In this document: positions 45,774 through 54,880 of the stretch, piece by piece
Layout: each line of letters begins with the position of its first letter
Numbering within the stretch: position 1 is the first letter of the stretch
The notes under the pieces: model-generated
Databases searched by the model: none
The model's input: only the letters and a program-made list of their open reading frames with translations
What the model was told of the DNA's origin: nothing
Made by a program: the position numbers and the translations under genes
Assembly: GCA_963805775.1 (NCBI GenBank)
Contig: CAWDWK010000008.1
Coordinates: forward strand, 33,920 to 97,919
Direction of reading: 5' to 3'
Length of the DNA stretch: 64,000 nucleotides
Origin: an uncultured Solibacteraceae bacterium
Lineage (GTDB): Bacteria; Acidobacteriota; Terriglobia; Bryobacterales; Bryobacteraceae

Positions 45774-46328
45774 TTATCGCGGAAACATACTGCGCAGCCA
45801 ATCGTTCAACACGCAATCGATGACTAAGTGGACGCGGTCCGTCGTGCCCCGATTGTGAATCCGGTGCGGCAAATTGAAATTGACATACCAGCACTCCCCT
45901 TCGCCCATCGGCAGCGGCGTGCCCTCCACCGCGAACTCCACATCCGGATTAGTTTGAATCGGAATGTGCACCCGCACCTCGCCGTCCTCGTAACTCAGGT
46001 TGTAATCGCTGTGCTCCTTGATATTCGAGCCCGGACTCAGCCTCAAAAGCCGCACCAGTTGCAGCGGACAATGAAACTCCGCCATGACTTCGGCGATATA
46101 CGGACATCGCTCCAGCACCCCCAAGTCTACATAGGTGCTTTTGCTCGGGTCGGGATACAACGGTACGTGCGCGCCTTCCGTCGTACGCAGCGCAATTCCG
46201 CTCCAAAGGCCGTCGTAATAACTGGTATTAAAGTGAGCGGTCCAATCCTCCTCCCGCATTCTCGCCAAGTCCGCCTGAAGCCGGCCGGCGTCGAATCTCA
46301 TTGGGAGTTTCCAGTGCGCCACTGTCAT
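45774..46328 (-). CDS. aspartyl/asparaginyl beta-hydroxylase-like cupin (2OG-Fe oxygenase type)
   Basis: 184-aa ORF. HxD...H metal triad candidates (KEHSDYN, LPHRIHN) and family-like blocks GSNIKEHSD and VHIPIQTNP. Confidence 0.65.
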   Translation of the reverse strand: MTVAHWKLPMRFDAGRLQADLARMREEDWTAHFNTSYYDGLWSGIALRTTEGAHVPLYPDPSKSTYVDLGVLERCPYIAEVMAEFHCPLQLVRLLRLSPGSNIKEHSDYNLSYEDGEVRVHIPIQTNPDVEFAVEGTPLPMGEGECWYVNFNLPHRIHNRGTTDRVHLVIDCVLNDWLRSMFPR

Positions 46329-46344
46329 CGATCCATGCTACCGT

Positions 46345-46836
46345 GTGAGCTTGTCCGACCGCACCTTTTCCACCATCGCCGCCTTTCTCGCTGAAATCGG
46401 CTTGCCCGTGGAGATCGCTGAGATCCCCCATCCCACCTTCCTCCCCGGAATCCACGCCGATTCCGGTGTCCTGCGCGTAGATCCGTCCAGACTCTCCTAT
46501 CCCGGTGATCTGCTGCACGAGGCCGGACATCTCGCTCTCCTCACGCAGCAGCGGCGCAGCCAGGTGACGGGCGACGTGGGCGACAGCGGAGGCGAAGAAC
46601 TCGGCGCCATCGCTTGGTCCTACGCAGCGGCGGTCCATCTGCAACTCGACCCCGGCGTAGTCTTCCACGAACACGGCTATCGCGGCGGCAGCCAGAACAT
46701 GCTCGAAAACTTTGCCGCTGGCCGCTACCTCGGTGTTCCCATGCTTCAGTGGCTCGGCCTGTGCCTCGATGAAAAAAACGCCCTCCCGCTAGGCGTCAGG
46801 CCCTACCCCCACATGCTCCACTGGCTCCGCCCTTAA
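46345..46836 (+). CDS. hypothetical protein with an HExxH motif
   Basis: 163-aa ORF with a GTG start. Contains LLHEAGHLAL (HEAGH). No family recognised. Confidence 0.5.
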   Translation: MSLSDRTFSTIAAFLAEIGLPVEIAEIPHPTFLPGIHADSGVLRVDPSRLSYPGDLLHEAGHLALLTQQRRSQVTGDVGDSGGEELGAIAWSYAAAVHLQLDPGVVFHEHGYRGGSQNMLENFAAGRYLGVPMLQWLGLCLDEKNALPLGVRPYPHMLHWLRP

Positions 46837-46901
46837 CCTGGCGTACGCACATTTCGATTGTGTGGCAGCTGGCAGCCTGCGGCCGACTGGCAATCTGCCA
46901 C

Positions 46902-47945
46902 CTACGCCACGTGCGCCCCGCGAGTCCCCACATAAACCGAGTACAACGATTGGCTGGCCGCCATATACAGCCGGTTCCGTTTCGGCCCCCCAAAGCAAAG
47001 ATTGGCGCAGATCTCCGGCAGCAGAATCATTCCAATCCGCTGTCCTTCCGCCGAAAATACGTGCACCCCGTCGTACCCCGCGCCGCCGCTGGCCCCCGCC
47101 CAGATATTGCCGTCCACGTCCGCGCGGATCCCGTCCGACCCGCCCGCCCTGCCGTTGAGCTTCATATCCGTGAACAGCCGCCCGCCTCTCAGCTTGTTCT
47201 CGCTCACTTCGAAGACCTGTATATTCCGCGGAGTCCCGGTATCGACGATGTACAGCTTCTTATAATCGGGCGAAAAACAGATGCCATTGGGCTTGTCGAA
47301 CGCATCCGTCACCACTTCGATCCGCGCCGTCTTCGCGTCCACCCGGTACACCGCCTCTTTGATCTCCTGCCGCGCCGGAAAACCCTCGTAGCTGCCCATG
47401 ATCCCGTAGGGCGGGTCGGTGAACCATATGCCGCCGTCTGGGTGCACCACGATGTCGTTCGGTGAATTCAGCGGCTTGCCGTTATACTTATCTGCGATCA
47501 CCGTGACGCTGCCATCGTGCTCGTACCGCACCACGCGGCGTCCCGCATGCTCGCACGCGAGTTGCCGCCCTTCGAAATCGAACGTGTTCCCGTTGCTGTA
47601 TCCCGACGGGCTGCGGAAAACGCTGACGTGTCCGTCCTCTTCCGTCATCCGCATCTGCCGGTTGTTCGGAATGTCGCTCCACAACAGGTACTGTCCCTGC
47701 GCGCACCACGCCGGACCCTCCGCCCATCTAGTCCCCGTGAAGTGACGGTAGATCACCGCGTTGAAAAGTTGATATTTGGCGAAGCTCTTGTCCAGCGCCA
47801 CGATATCCTGATCCGGATAACGCGCCGGCTGCTGGTTGGTCCAGTCGCGCTGCTGCGTCTGCGCCAGAGCCGCGGGAACGGCCGCCGCCAGCGACAGGAA
47901 AGAACGTCGCGCCACGCGCGCCGGAAGGTGCGATTTAAGAGGCAT
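46902..47945 (-). CDS. SMP-30/gluconolactonase/LRE-family protein with a Tat signal
   Basis: RRSFLSLAAAVPAALAQ twin-arginine leader. Blocks EGPAW, LLWSDIPNN, NGNTFD, PNDIVVHPDGGIWFTDP and LYMAASQSLY. Confidence 0.85.
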   Translation of the reverse strand: MPLKSHLPARVARRSFLSLAAAVPAALAQTQQRDWTNQQPARYPDQDIVALDKSFAKYQLFNAVIYRHFTGTRWAEGPAWCAQGQYLLWSDIPNNRQMRMTEEDGHVSVFRSPSGYSNGNTFDFEGRQLACEHAGRRVVRYEHDGSVTVIADKYNGKPLNSPNDIVVHPDGGIWFTDPPYGIMGSYEGFPARQEIKEAVYRVDAKTARIEVVTDAFDKPNGICFSPDYKKLYIVDTGTPRNIQVFEVSENKLRGGRLFTDMKLNGRAGGSDGIRADVDGNIWAGASGGAGYDGVHVFSAEGQRIGMILLPEICANLCFGGPKRNRLYMAASQSLYSVYVGTRGAHVA

Positions 47946-48061
47946 CGGCGAAATTGTACATCATTCCAGCGCCCCGCTGTCACACAAACAAATAATATTT
48001 CTTTGAAAACATTTCCCGCCGGGTTTGCAAGAGCGTGACACGAGCCACTTGCAAAATTCCC

Positions 48062-48235
48062 AGTACGATATCCTCTTCCTGGCCCTTGGCGGTCAGCATG
48101 ACGATCGGCAGATCGAGTCCGTGCTCGCGGATTGCGTGGCAGATCTTTTACCCGTTCACTTTGGACAGCATGATATCGAGCAGGATCAGACCTGCGCGGC
48201 GGGCATAGGAATGGCGGCGTAGTCGTTGACAAGGC
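48062..48235 (-). pseudogene. response-regulator receiver-domain fragment (beta3 to alpha4) with an in-frame stop
   Basis: The minus strand reads ...AGLILLDIMLSKVNG*KICHAIREHGLDLPIVMLTAKGQEEDIVLG, with TAA at 48148-48150. No N-terminal acidic pocket or GADDY..KPF segment in any frame. Confidence 0.65.
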
Positions 48236-48254
48236 CGGCGAGGGGCCGTTCAAG

Positions 48255-48617
48255 GTGCGCGAGCTCGTGGCGCGCGCGAACGCCTTTCTGCGGCGGCGGA
48301 AATCGGAACAGGACGGCGTCACGCGTTTCGGCGAGTTTACCTTGGACCTGACGGCGCACAAACTGTTCCGCGAAGTCGAACTCACCACCAAGGAATTCCG
48401 CCTGCTCGTGCATTTCGCCGCGCACCCCGGCCGCGCCCTGGCGCGCAACGATATTCTGAACGCCGTGTGGGGCAACTCCGTGATGGTGACACCGCGCAGC
48501 GTCGACCAATGCGTCACCACCTTGCGCGGGAAAATTGAGGCCGCCCCGCACAATCCCGTTAATCTGCAGGCCATTCGCGATGTGGGCTACCGCTTTGAAA
48601 TTAAGTCCGGCACCTGA
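48255..48617 (+). CDS. OmpR/PhoB-type winged-helix DNA-binding domain without a receiver domain (possibly a gene remnant)
   Basis: From 48246 the plus strand reads PFKVRELVARANAFLRRR (end of receiver helix 5), then a linker, then FGEFTLDL...LTTKEFRLLVHFAAHPGRALARNDILNAVWG...RSVDQCVTTLRGKIE...IRDVGYRFE. The only in-frame start is GTG 48255. Confidence 0.6.
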   Translation: MRELVARANAFLRRRKSEQDGVTRFGEFTLDLTAHKLFREVELTTKEFRLLVHFAAHPGRALARNDILNAVWGNSVMVTPRSVDQCVTTLRGKIEAAPHNPVNLQAIRDVGYRFEIKSGT

Positions 48618-49984
48618 TCGAACTCGATCTCTTCCAGGCTCCGGCCCATCGTCTCCGGGACCCATCGCTTGACGAAAACGAAACCCGCGAGGCAGATCGC
48701 GCCGTAAAGCCAGAAGGTGCCCGACGCGCCTAGCCCGGCATTCAGCATCGGGAACGTAAAGGTCAGCACGAAGCACGCAATCCACAATGCCGAAACCGCA
48801 ATCGATACCGCCATGCCGCGCACGCGATTGGGGAAAATTTCCGAAATCAGCACCCACGTCACCGGCGCCAGCGACATCGCGTAGCAGCCGATGGTGCACA
48901 GCGTCAGCACCAGCACGGGAACGCCCTTCAGTCCGAAGTAATACGCCAGGCCCAGCAGGCCGTGCGACACGGCGATCCCGGCGCAGCCCGCCAACATCAG
49001 CGCGCGCCGGCCCACGCGGTCCACAAATCCGAGCGCCACAAAAGTAAACGCCAGATTGATCGCTCCTGTGATCACGATGTTGAACAGGATGCCGTTGACG
49101 CTGTATCCCGCGCCGCGGTAAATCTCTTCGGCGTAATTGAAGATCACGTTGATGCCGGCCCACTGTTGCAGCACGGCCAGCGCCACGCCGATTCCCAAAA
49201 TGCGCAGCATCCCCGGCGTCAGCAGTTCTCCAATCCGCACTCGCGTCTCCGCGCCGATGCTGCCGCGGATTTCGGCCACGCCGACATCGGCATACGCATC
49301 GCCGCCGATACGCGCCAGTACGCGGTGTGCGAGAGCATGGCGCCCCTTCCCTACCAGCCAGCGCGGGCTTTCCGGGACGAAAAACGCGCACACGAAAAAG
49401 ATCACCGAGGGAACGGCGACCGCGGTGAACATCCACCGCCAGCCGAACTGGCCATTCCAGGAATCGCGGATCATCTGGTCCGTTGCCGATTCCGCCACTG
49501 GTTGCGCGATCAGCCAGTTGACAATCTGCGCGCCCAAAATCCCCACCACGATCGTCAACTGATTGAGAGACACCAGGCGGCCGCGCCATGCCGCCGGGCT
49601 GACCTCCGCGATGTACATCGGGGAAACATTCGACGCCATTCCGATGGCCACCCCGCCCACGATGCGCCACACCACGAACCACGTGAACGCGGGAGCCCAT
49701 CCGGTGAGCACGGAGGAAACGGCGAAGAGAAACGCCGACAGGATGAGAAGTTTCTTGCGGCCCAGTCGCTCGCTCAGTCCGCCCGCCGCCATTGACCCCA
49801 GCAGGCATCCAAGCAGCGCGCAACTGTTGGCCCAGCCCACCAGGTGGCCGCCGTTGAGTTGGAAGCAACGTTCATAGAATGGCTTGGCGCCGCCGATCAC
49901 CACGAAGTCGTAGCCGAACAGCAGTCCGCCCAGCGCGGCAACCGCGGAGATCATCCAGACATAACGCGCGTTGTAGCCCTTCAT
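48587..49984 (-). CDS. MFS sugar porter family transporter
   Basis: 465-aa ORF. LFGYDFVVIGGA, GRKK, PMYIAEVSPAAWRGRL, PESPRWLV. The 3-prime end overlaps the convergent winged-helix ORF by 31 nt. Confidence 0.85.
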   Translation of the reverse strand: MKGYNARYVWMISAVAALGGLLFGYDFVVIGGAKPFYERCFQLNGGHLVGWANSCALLGCLLGSMAAGGLSERLGRKKLLILSAFLFAVSSVLTGWAPAFTWFVVWRIVGGVAIGMASNVSPMYIAEVSPAAWRGRLVSLNQLTIVVGILGAQIVNWLIAQPVAESATDQMIRDSWNGQFGWRWMFTAVAVPSVIFFVCAFFVPESPRWLVGKGRHALAHRVLARIGGDAYADVGVAEIRGSIGAETRVRIGELLTPGMLRILGIGVALAVLQQWAGINVIFNYAEEIYRGAGYSVNGILFNIVITGAINLAFTFVALGFVDRVGRRALMLAGCAGIAVSHGLLGLAYYFGLKGVPVLVLTLCTIGCYAMSLAPVTWVLISEIFPNRVRGMAVSIAVSALWIACFVLTFTFPMLNAGLGASGTFWLYGAICLAGFVFVKRWVPETMGRSLEEIEFDQVPDLISKR

Positions 49985-50052
49985 AGGCGCACCTCCCGAA
50001 TAGCGGCACGCCTACGTTAGCGAACTGCGCCGGCCTGATCAAGCGCGCCGCG

Positions 50053-50811
50053 TTACTTCGACAAGCTCAACAGGCCGGACGAACCGCCGCCGGTCTGGAT
50101 CATCTGCACGCCGTTTTGCGTGGCGAGAGCCAGGTAGGTTTCCGTCGTGGTCTGCGGGTTGCCGTTCGCATCGGTGAAGGAAGCGTTCACGGTGAGTTGC
50201 TGGAAACCCGTCGGAGTCAGAGTGGCATTCCCGCTCAGCGACTTCTGCACGATCTGGCCAAACGAGTTGGTTACTTCCTGGCCACCGACATTTCCGGCAG
50301 AGTCCAGGTTGACCAGTTCAACACTCGCATTCGACGGAGTAAGCGGCCTGCCGCCGATCAGAAAACTGCCAGCCGGGAGAGTTTGCGCTGCCGCGATCAA
50401 TTGGCCCACATTCTGGCCCTGGTCGGTGCGCAGCGTCGCGAACGAATTACTGGAAACCGGGATCACCATCACCACTTCGTTGAAAACCAGCGGATTGCCG
50501 TTAGCGTCAAGAGTATCCAAACTCGTGCCGCTCAGGGTGAGCGTGTCGCTCTTATCGGCGTTTACAACATAAGTACCCTGGATCGCATAAGTAGATACCT
50601 GGACACCCTGCTGTACCACCGCGGTCCCACTGGCGGTACCGTCGGCGCTGAAGGTCAGGGACGCGAGCGTGGCGGTTTCGTTTCCAATCTCGGAGAAGAC
50701 GTAGGCTCCTGTTATGGTACCGGGGGGCGGTGTTTGCGCGAACGTTAAACCGGCCGCGGCGATCGACAGGAATGCGAAGTTTCTGAGCGAAGTAGAGACA
50801 CGTCTAGTCAT
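50053..50811 (-). CDS. secreted hypothetical protein (two similar halves)
   Basis: Start at MTRRVSTSLRNFAFLSIAAAGLTFAQ (ORF open to 50838), with an AAAGGAAAGGAA purine tract (GGA repeats) ending about 10 nt upstream of the ATG. No family recognised. Confidence 0.55.
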   Translation of the reverse strand: MTRRVSTSLRNFAFLSIAAAGLTFAQTPPPGTITGAYVFSEIGNETATLASLTFSADGTASGTAVVQQGVQVSTYAIQGTYVVNADKSDTLTLSGTSLDTLDANGNPLVFNEVVMVIPVSSNSFATLRTDQGQNVGQLIAAAQTLPAGSFLIGGRPLTPSNASVELVNLDSAGNVGGQEVTNSFGQIVQKSLSGNATLTPTGFQQLTVNASFTDANGNPQTTTETYLALATQNGVQMIQTGGGSSGLLSLSK

Positions 50812-51016
50812 GGCGATGAATTTCCTTTCCTTTTGCACCAGATGTTCTAACGCTGCCGGGCGCAGCTCTCACATCGGTAGCTCGGTTTCAAGTCCGCTAT
50901 CTTTCCGGTGCTATTGTTCTGACGGAATAAACTCGAAGTTGATGCTCAAAGTTACGCGCGATTCGCGAAGCGCCCGTCGAGAATCGTAAGAACGCTTACG
51001 GTTTTGGCATTAAGAA

Positions 51017-52435
51017 TTACTTGTTATCACGGTAAGTGAGGGGCGGCTTCTGGTCGGCCGGAATTCGCGACCGGTACTCAAATCCGGCGCGCCGTTTTTC
51101 GAAACTAGCTTTGGCCGCCGCCACCTGTGTGGGATCGCTGAAGAGATCGACCGCGGTCAGCACCAGCGATTTTGCCGCCACCAGCATGCCCTTCCGCCCG
51201 ATGCTCATGCCCGCACACGCTGCGGATTGCCAGCTGTGTGCGGGCACGCCCGGAACGAACGTGGCCGCCGAAATCTGCGCCATCGGAACGGTCCAACTGA
51301 CATCTCCCGCATCGGTGGATGCCGAGCCCCTGCCTTCCGTCGGAGGCTCGATAGTCTCCTGGCTGCCGATCGGACGCGTGCGGTCGGTTAACGTTTTCCG
51401 TATCGTTTCGGCGAACGCCTGCTCGTCGCGCGTATAAGTCACACCGCCCACCAGGCGCATGTTCTTATCCACCAGCGCGGCCAGCGCGTCATTCGGCAGC
51501 GTGTTGTAAGAACTGTTAATCAGCTCCATCTCCATGCGGGTTTCGCTGGCCAGCGCACCGGCCTGCGCGCACTTGATGACACGCTCCCAGATACCGTCGA
51601 GCGTGGGCATGCTGGGATGGCGGGCGTAAAGGAACATCTCTGAATAATCCGGGACGATGTTCGGGGCGCTCCCGCCGTTGGTGATGATGTAGTGTATCCG
51701 CGTGGAATCCGGCACATGTTCCCGCATGAACTCAATTGAGTTGGCCATGATCATCAGGCCGTCCAACGCGGAGCGGCCCGCATCCGGCGCGGCCGCGGCA
51801 TGCGCGGGCTTTCCGTAGAAGCGGAACTTGGCGGAAATAATCGCCAGCGAACTCTTCAGCGACGCGCCGTTCTGGTCGGCCGGATGCCAGCTCAAAACCG
51901 TGTCCACATCCTTGAATGCGCCGGCGCGGATCATGTATAGTTTGCCGTCTCCGCCTTCTTCCGCGGGCGTACCGTAGAAGCGAATGGTCCCCGCAATCTT
52001 ATTTGCGGCGAGCCAATCCTTAATCGTGACCGCGGCGAACAGCGACGCCGCACCCAGCAGATTGTGGCCGCAGCCGTGTCCGGGACCGCCCTCGACAATC
52101 GGTTTACGGTCGGGCGTCGTGTCCTGCGAGAGACCGGGCAGTGCATCGTACTCGCCCATGATGCCGATCACCGGCTTACCCTGGCCCCACGCGGCGGTGA
52201 ACGCGGTCGGCATGCCGGCCACATTCTCCGTCACCGAAAATCCAGCGGCACGAAGTTCGGACTTCAAGAGCGCGGCGCTCTGAGTTTCCTTGAAACCGAC
52301 CTCGGCGAACTCCCAGATTTTGCGCGACACATCGCCGTAGTGAGCGGCGTGCGCATCCATAGTTTGGAGCAGGGCACTCTTGTCGGCCGCCGGCAAACAA
52401 GCCGCGGCGAGAAGGAGAAGCAGGAAGGGACTCAT
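51017..52435 (-). CDS. M20-family amidohydrolase (AbgB-like)
   Basis: Start at MSPFLLLLLAAACLPAA (signal peptide). Blocks GEYDALPGL, GPGHGCGHNLLGAA, FYGTPAEEGG, HPA. Confidence 0.8.
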   Translation of the reverse strand: MSPFLLLLLAAACLPAADKSALLQTMDAHAAHYGDVSRKIWEFAEVGFKETQSAALLKSELRAAGFSVTENVAGMPTAFTAAWGQGKPVIGIMGEYDALPGLSQDTTPDRKPIVEGGPGHGCGHNLLGAASLFAAVTIKDWLAANKIAGTIRFYGTPAEEGGDGKLYMIRAGAFKDVDTVLSWHPADQNGASLKSSLAIISAKFRFYGKPAHAAAAPDAGRSALDGLMIMANSIEFMREHVPDSTRIHYIITNGGSAPNIVPDYSEMFLYARHPSMPTLDGIWERVIKCAQAGALASETRMEMELINSSYNTLPNDALAALVDKNMRLVGGVTYTRDEQAFAETIRKTLTDRTRPIGSQETIEPPTEGRGSASTDAGDVSWTVPMAQISAATFVPGVPAHSWQSAACAGMSIGRKGMLVAAKSLVLTAVDLFSDPTQVAAAKASFEKRRAGFEYRSRIPADQKPPLTYRDNK

Positions 52436-52484
52436 AGGAAGAGGATAGCGCGAGCGTGGTCGCCGCCAAATTATACTTATTCTT

Positions 52485-54356
52485 GTGCGACTCACACTTG
52501 CCCTTGTGTGGATTTCAACGGCCCTGTTTGCGGCCGACACTAGCTGGAGCGTTTACGGAGGCGATGCGGCCGGCACACGTTATTCCTCCCTCAAACAGAT
52601 CACCCGCGAAAACGTGATGAAGCTTCGCCCCGCATGGACCTATCACACCGGCGCGCTGAAGCCTGAAACCGAACTCAACGAGAAGGCAGCCTTCGAGGCG
52701 ACGCCGATTCTGGTCGAAGGCACGCTCTATCTCAGCACGCCGTTCAACCGCGTGATCGCACTCGACCCGGCGAGCGGCGCGGAGCGATGGACCTACGATC
52801 CGAGAGTGGATCGCTCCCACGATTATTCCGAGGTGAGCTCTCGCGGGGTGGCATCCTGGAGCGATTCCAAAGCCGCCGGCGACGCGCCGTGCAAGCTGCG
52901 CATCTTCGAAGGAACCATCGATGCGCGGCTGATCGCCATCGACGGCAAGACCGGCAAGCTGTGCGAGCAATTCGGTTCCGGCGGCACGGTGAACCTCACT
53001 CGCGGCGTGGTCTACGGGACCGAGTTCCGCGGTAGTTACCAGGTCACTTCCGCACCCGCCGTCGTCGGGGACCTGGTGATCACCGGATCCTCGATCTCCG
53101 ACAATAACGCAGTCGATATGCCGCGCGGAGTGGTGCGTGCGTACGATGCGCGCACCGGCGCATTGCGTTGGACGTGGGACCCGATTCCCTGGGCGGAGAA
53201 GCAGCAGGTGCGGACCGGCGCGGCCAACGCGTGGTCCACCTTTGCCGCCGACCCGGCGCGCGACATGGTGTTCATCCCCACTGGCAGCGCCAGTCCCGAT
53301 TATTACGGCGGCACGCGTCCCGGCGATAACAAGTGGGCGAATTCGGTTGTCGCGCTGAAGGCATCCACCGGGCAGTTCCTCTGGGGATTCCAAGTGGCCC
53401 ACCACGATCTTTGGGACTACGACGTGGCCTCGCAACCCGCGCTGATCGAATTCCGCGGCCGCCCCGCCGTTGCGGTGACCACCAAGATCGGCCACGTCTT
53501 CGTGCTGGATCGCACCACAGGCAAGCCGCTGCATACGGTGGAGGAGCGCGCCGTTCCGAAGAGCGACATCAGCGGCGAAGACGCGTCGGCCAGCCAGCCG
53601 TTTCCCGTGTGGAGCGCGATGGTGCCGCAGAAATTGACCTTCGGCCGATGCGTGGGGCGCCACCGCCGAAATGCGCCAGTGGTGCCGCCAGAAAATCGAT
53701 GCCTGCGCAACGACGGCCTGTTCACGCCGCCCGGTTTGCGCGGTACCATTTCGTTCCCCGGCAATGTCGGCGGCGTGAATTGGGGCAGCGCCGCGTGGGA
53801 CCCGGTGCGCAATCTCCTGCTGGCCAACACCAACCGTCTGGCGGCCATCATGAAGCTGATTCCGCGCGAAGACATGCAGGCCGCCGTGGACCACAGCAAG
53901 GAAACCGAAACCTCCTGGGGCGGCGAGTTTGCCCGGCAGCGCGGCACGCCTTACGCGATGTATCGCGAGTGGCTGGTGGCGCCGAACGGACAGCCGTGCA
54001 ACACGCCGCCCTGGGGCGCCCTGGTGGCATTCGATCTGGGTACCGGAAAGCTGCGTTGGGAATCGCCGCTCGGCAGTATGGGCGACGGGTGGCCGGCCGG
54101 ATCCGTCAGCCTCGGCGGGCCCATGGCGACAGCGAGCGGACTGATCTTCACGGCGGCCGCGAAAGATGCGCACCTGCGCGCGTTCGACGCCGATTCCGGC
54201 AAAGAACTGTGGTCCATCGAACTACCCGCGAGCGCCCAATCGACGCCGATGACTTACGAATGGAGTGGCAAACAATACGTAGTGATCTGCGCCGGAGGAC
54301 ACGGCAAGCTCAAAAGCAAAATGGGCGATTCGGTGATCGCATTCGCCCTCGAGTAA
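52485..54356 (+). CDS. PQQ-dependent dehydrogenase, glucose/quinate/shikimate type, soluble secreted form
   Basis: 623-aa ORF with a signal peptide. Repeated W-containing propeller motifs and a C-terminal block (QSTPMTYEWSGKQYVVICAGGHG). Codons 53643-53702 appear to be read out of frame (see findings). Confidence 0.8.
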   Translation: MRLTLALVWISTALFAADTSWSVYGGDAAGTRYSSLKQITRENVMKLRPAWTYHTGALKPETELNEKAAFEATPILVEGTLYLSTPFNRVIALDPASGAERWTYDPRVDRSHDYSEVSSRGVASWSDSKAAGDAPCKLRIFEGTIDARLIAIDGKTGKLCEQFGSGGTVNLTRGVVYGTEFRGSYQVTSAPAVVGDLVITGSSISDNNAVDMPRGVVRAYDARTGALRWTWDPIPWAEKQQVRTGAANAWSTFAADPARDMVFIPTGSASPDYYGGTRPGDNKWANSVVALKASTGQFLWGFQVAHHDLWDYDVASQPALIEFRGRPAVAVTTKIGHVFVLDRTTGKPLHTVEERAVPKSDISGEDASASQPFPVWSAMVPQKLTFGRCVGRHRRNAPVVPPENRCLRNDGLFTPPGLRGTISFPGNVGGVNWGSAAWDPVRNLLLANTNRLAAIMKLIPREDMQAAVDHSKETETSWGGEFARQRGTPYAMYREWLVAPNGQPCNTPPWGALVAFDLGTGKLRWESPLGSMGDGWPAGSVSLGGPMATASGLIFTAAAKDAHLRAFDADSGKELWSIELPASAQSTPMTYEWSGKQYVVICAGGHGKLKSKMGDSVIAFALE

Positions 54357-54421
54357 TTGTCGGGCATTTGTCGATCTGGCCGCCCCTCGTTCGATATATC
54401 GGTGAAAGGGAGATTCATACG

Positions 54422-54856
54422 ATGAAATTCATGATTTTGATCAAAGCCGACAAGAACACCGAAGCCGGCGTGCTGCCAGACCAGAAGCTGCTCACCGAAA
54501 TGGGGAAGTTCAACGAAGAGCTGTTAAAGGCCGGCGTCCTGCTGGCAGGCGAGGGACTCCATCCCAGCTCGAAGGGGGCGCGCGTCAAGTTCTCCGGTCA
54601 GAAGCGGACGGTGATCGACGGACCCTTCACCGAGACGAAGGAACTGATCGCCGGCTTCTGGCTGTGGAAGGTGAAGTCGAAAGAAGAGGCGATCGAATGG
54701 GTGAAGCGCTGCCCCAATCCCACTGCCGGAGAACCCGAGATCGAGATTCGGCAGGTGTTCGAAGCGGAGGACTTCGGCCCAGCCCTCACGCCCGAACTCA
54801 GGGAGCAGGAGGAGCGGATCTGGGCCGAAGCGGCGCGCAAGAATAATTCCCGTTAG
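54422..54856 (+). CDS. YCII-related domain protein
   Basis: ATG 54422 inside the longer track ORF. MKFMILIKADKNTEAG...GPFTETKELIAGFWLWKVKSKEEAIEWVKRCP is typical of YciI/DGPF-like proteins. Confidence 0.75.
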   Translation: MKFMILIKADKNTEAGVLPDQKLLTEMGKFNEELLKAGVLLAGEGLHPSSKGARVKFSGQKRTVIDGPFTETKELIAGFWLWKVKSKEEAIEWVKRCPNPTAGEPEIEIRQVFEAEDFGPALTPELREQEERIWAEAARKNNSR

Positions 54857-54880
54857 AGCCGCCTGTGGCATGATGGCGGG

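Noticed and set aside
48025-48054. TTGCAAG/CTTGCAA inverted repeat as one end of a programmed invertible switch controlling the response regulator
   Set aside because: Both half-sites lie on the same side of the inverted fragment, no partner repeat lies at the 48240 junction, no invertase is in the window, and the fragment carries a stop codon and lacks essential segments.
50884-50895. GGTTTCAAGTCC string resembling a tRNA T-loop
   Set aside because: The flanking bases cannot form a T-stem or acceptor stem, and no cloverleaf can be drawn.
50985-51005. Hairpin CGTAAG-AACG-CTTACG followed by TTTT as an intrinsic terminator
   Set aside because: The U-tract is on the plus strand, where no gene ends. 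On the minus strand, downstream of the M20 gene, the stem is only 6 bp and is not followed by a U-run.
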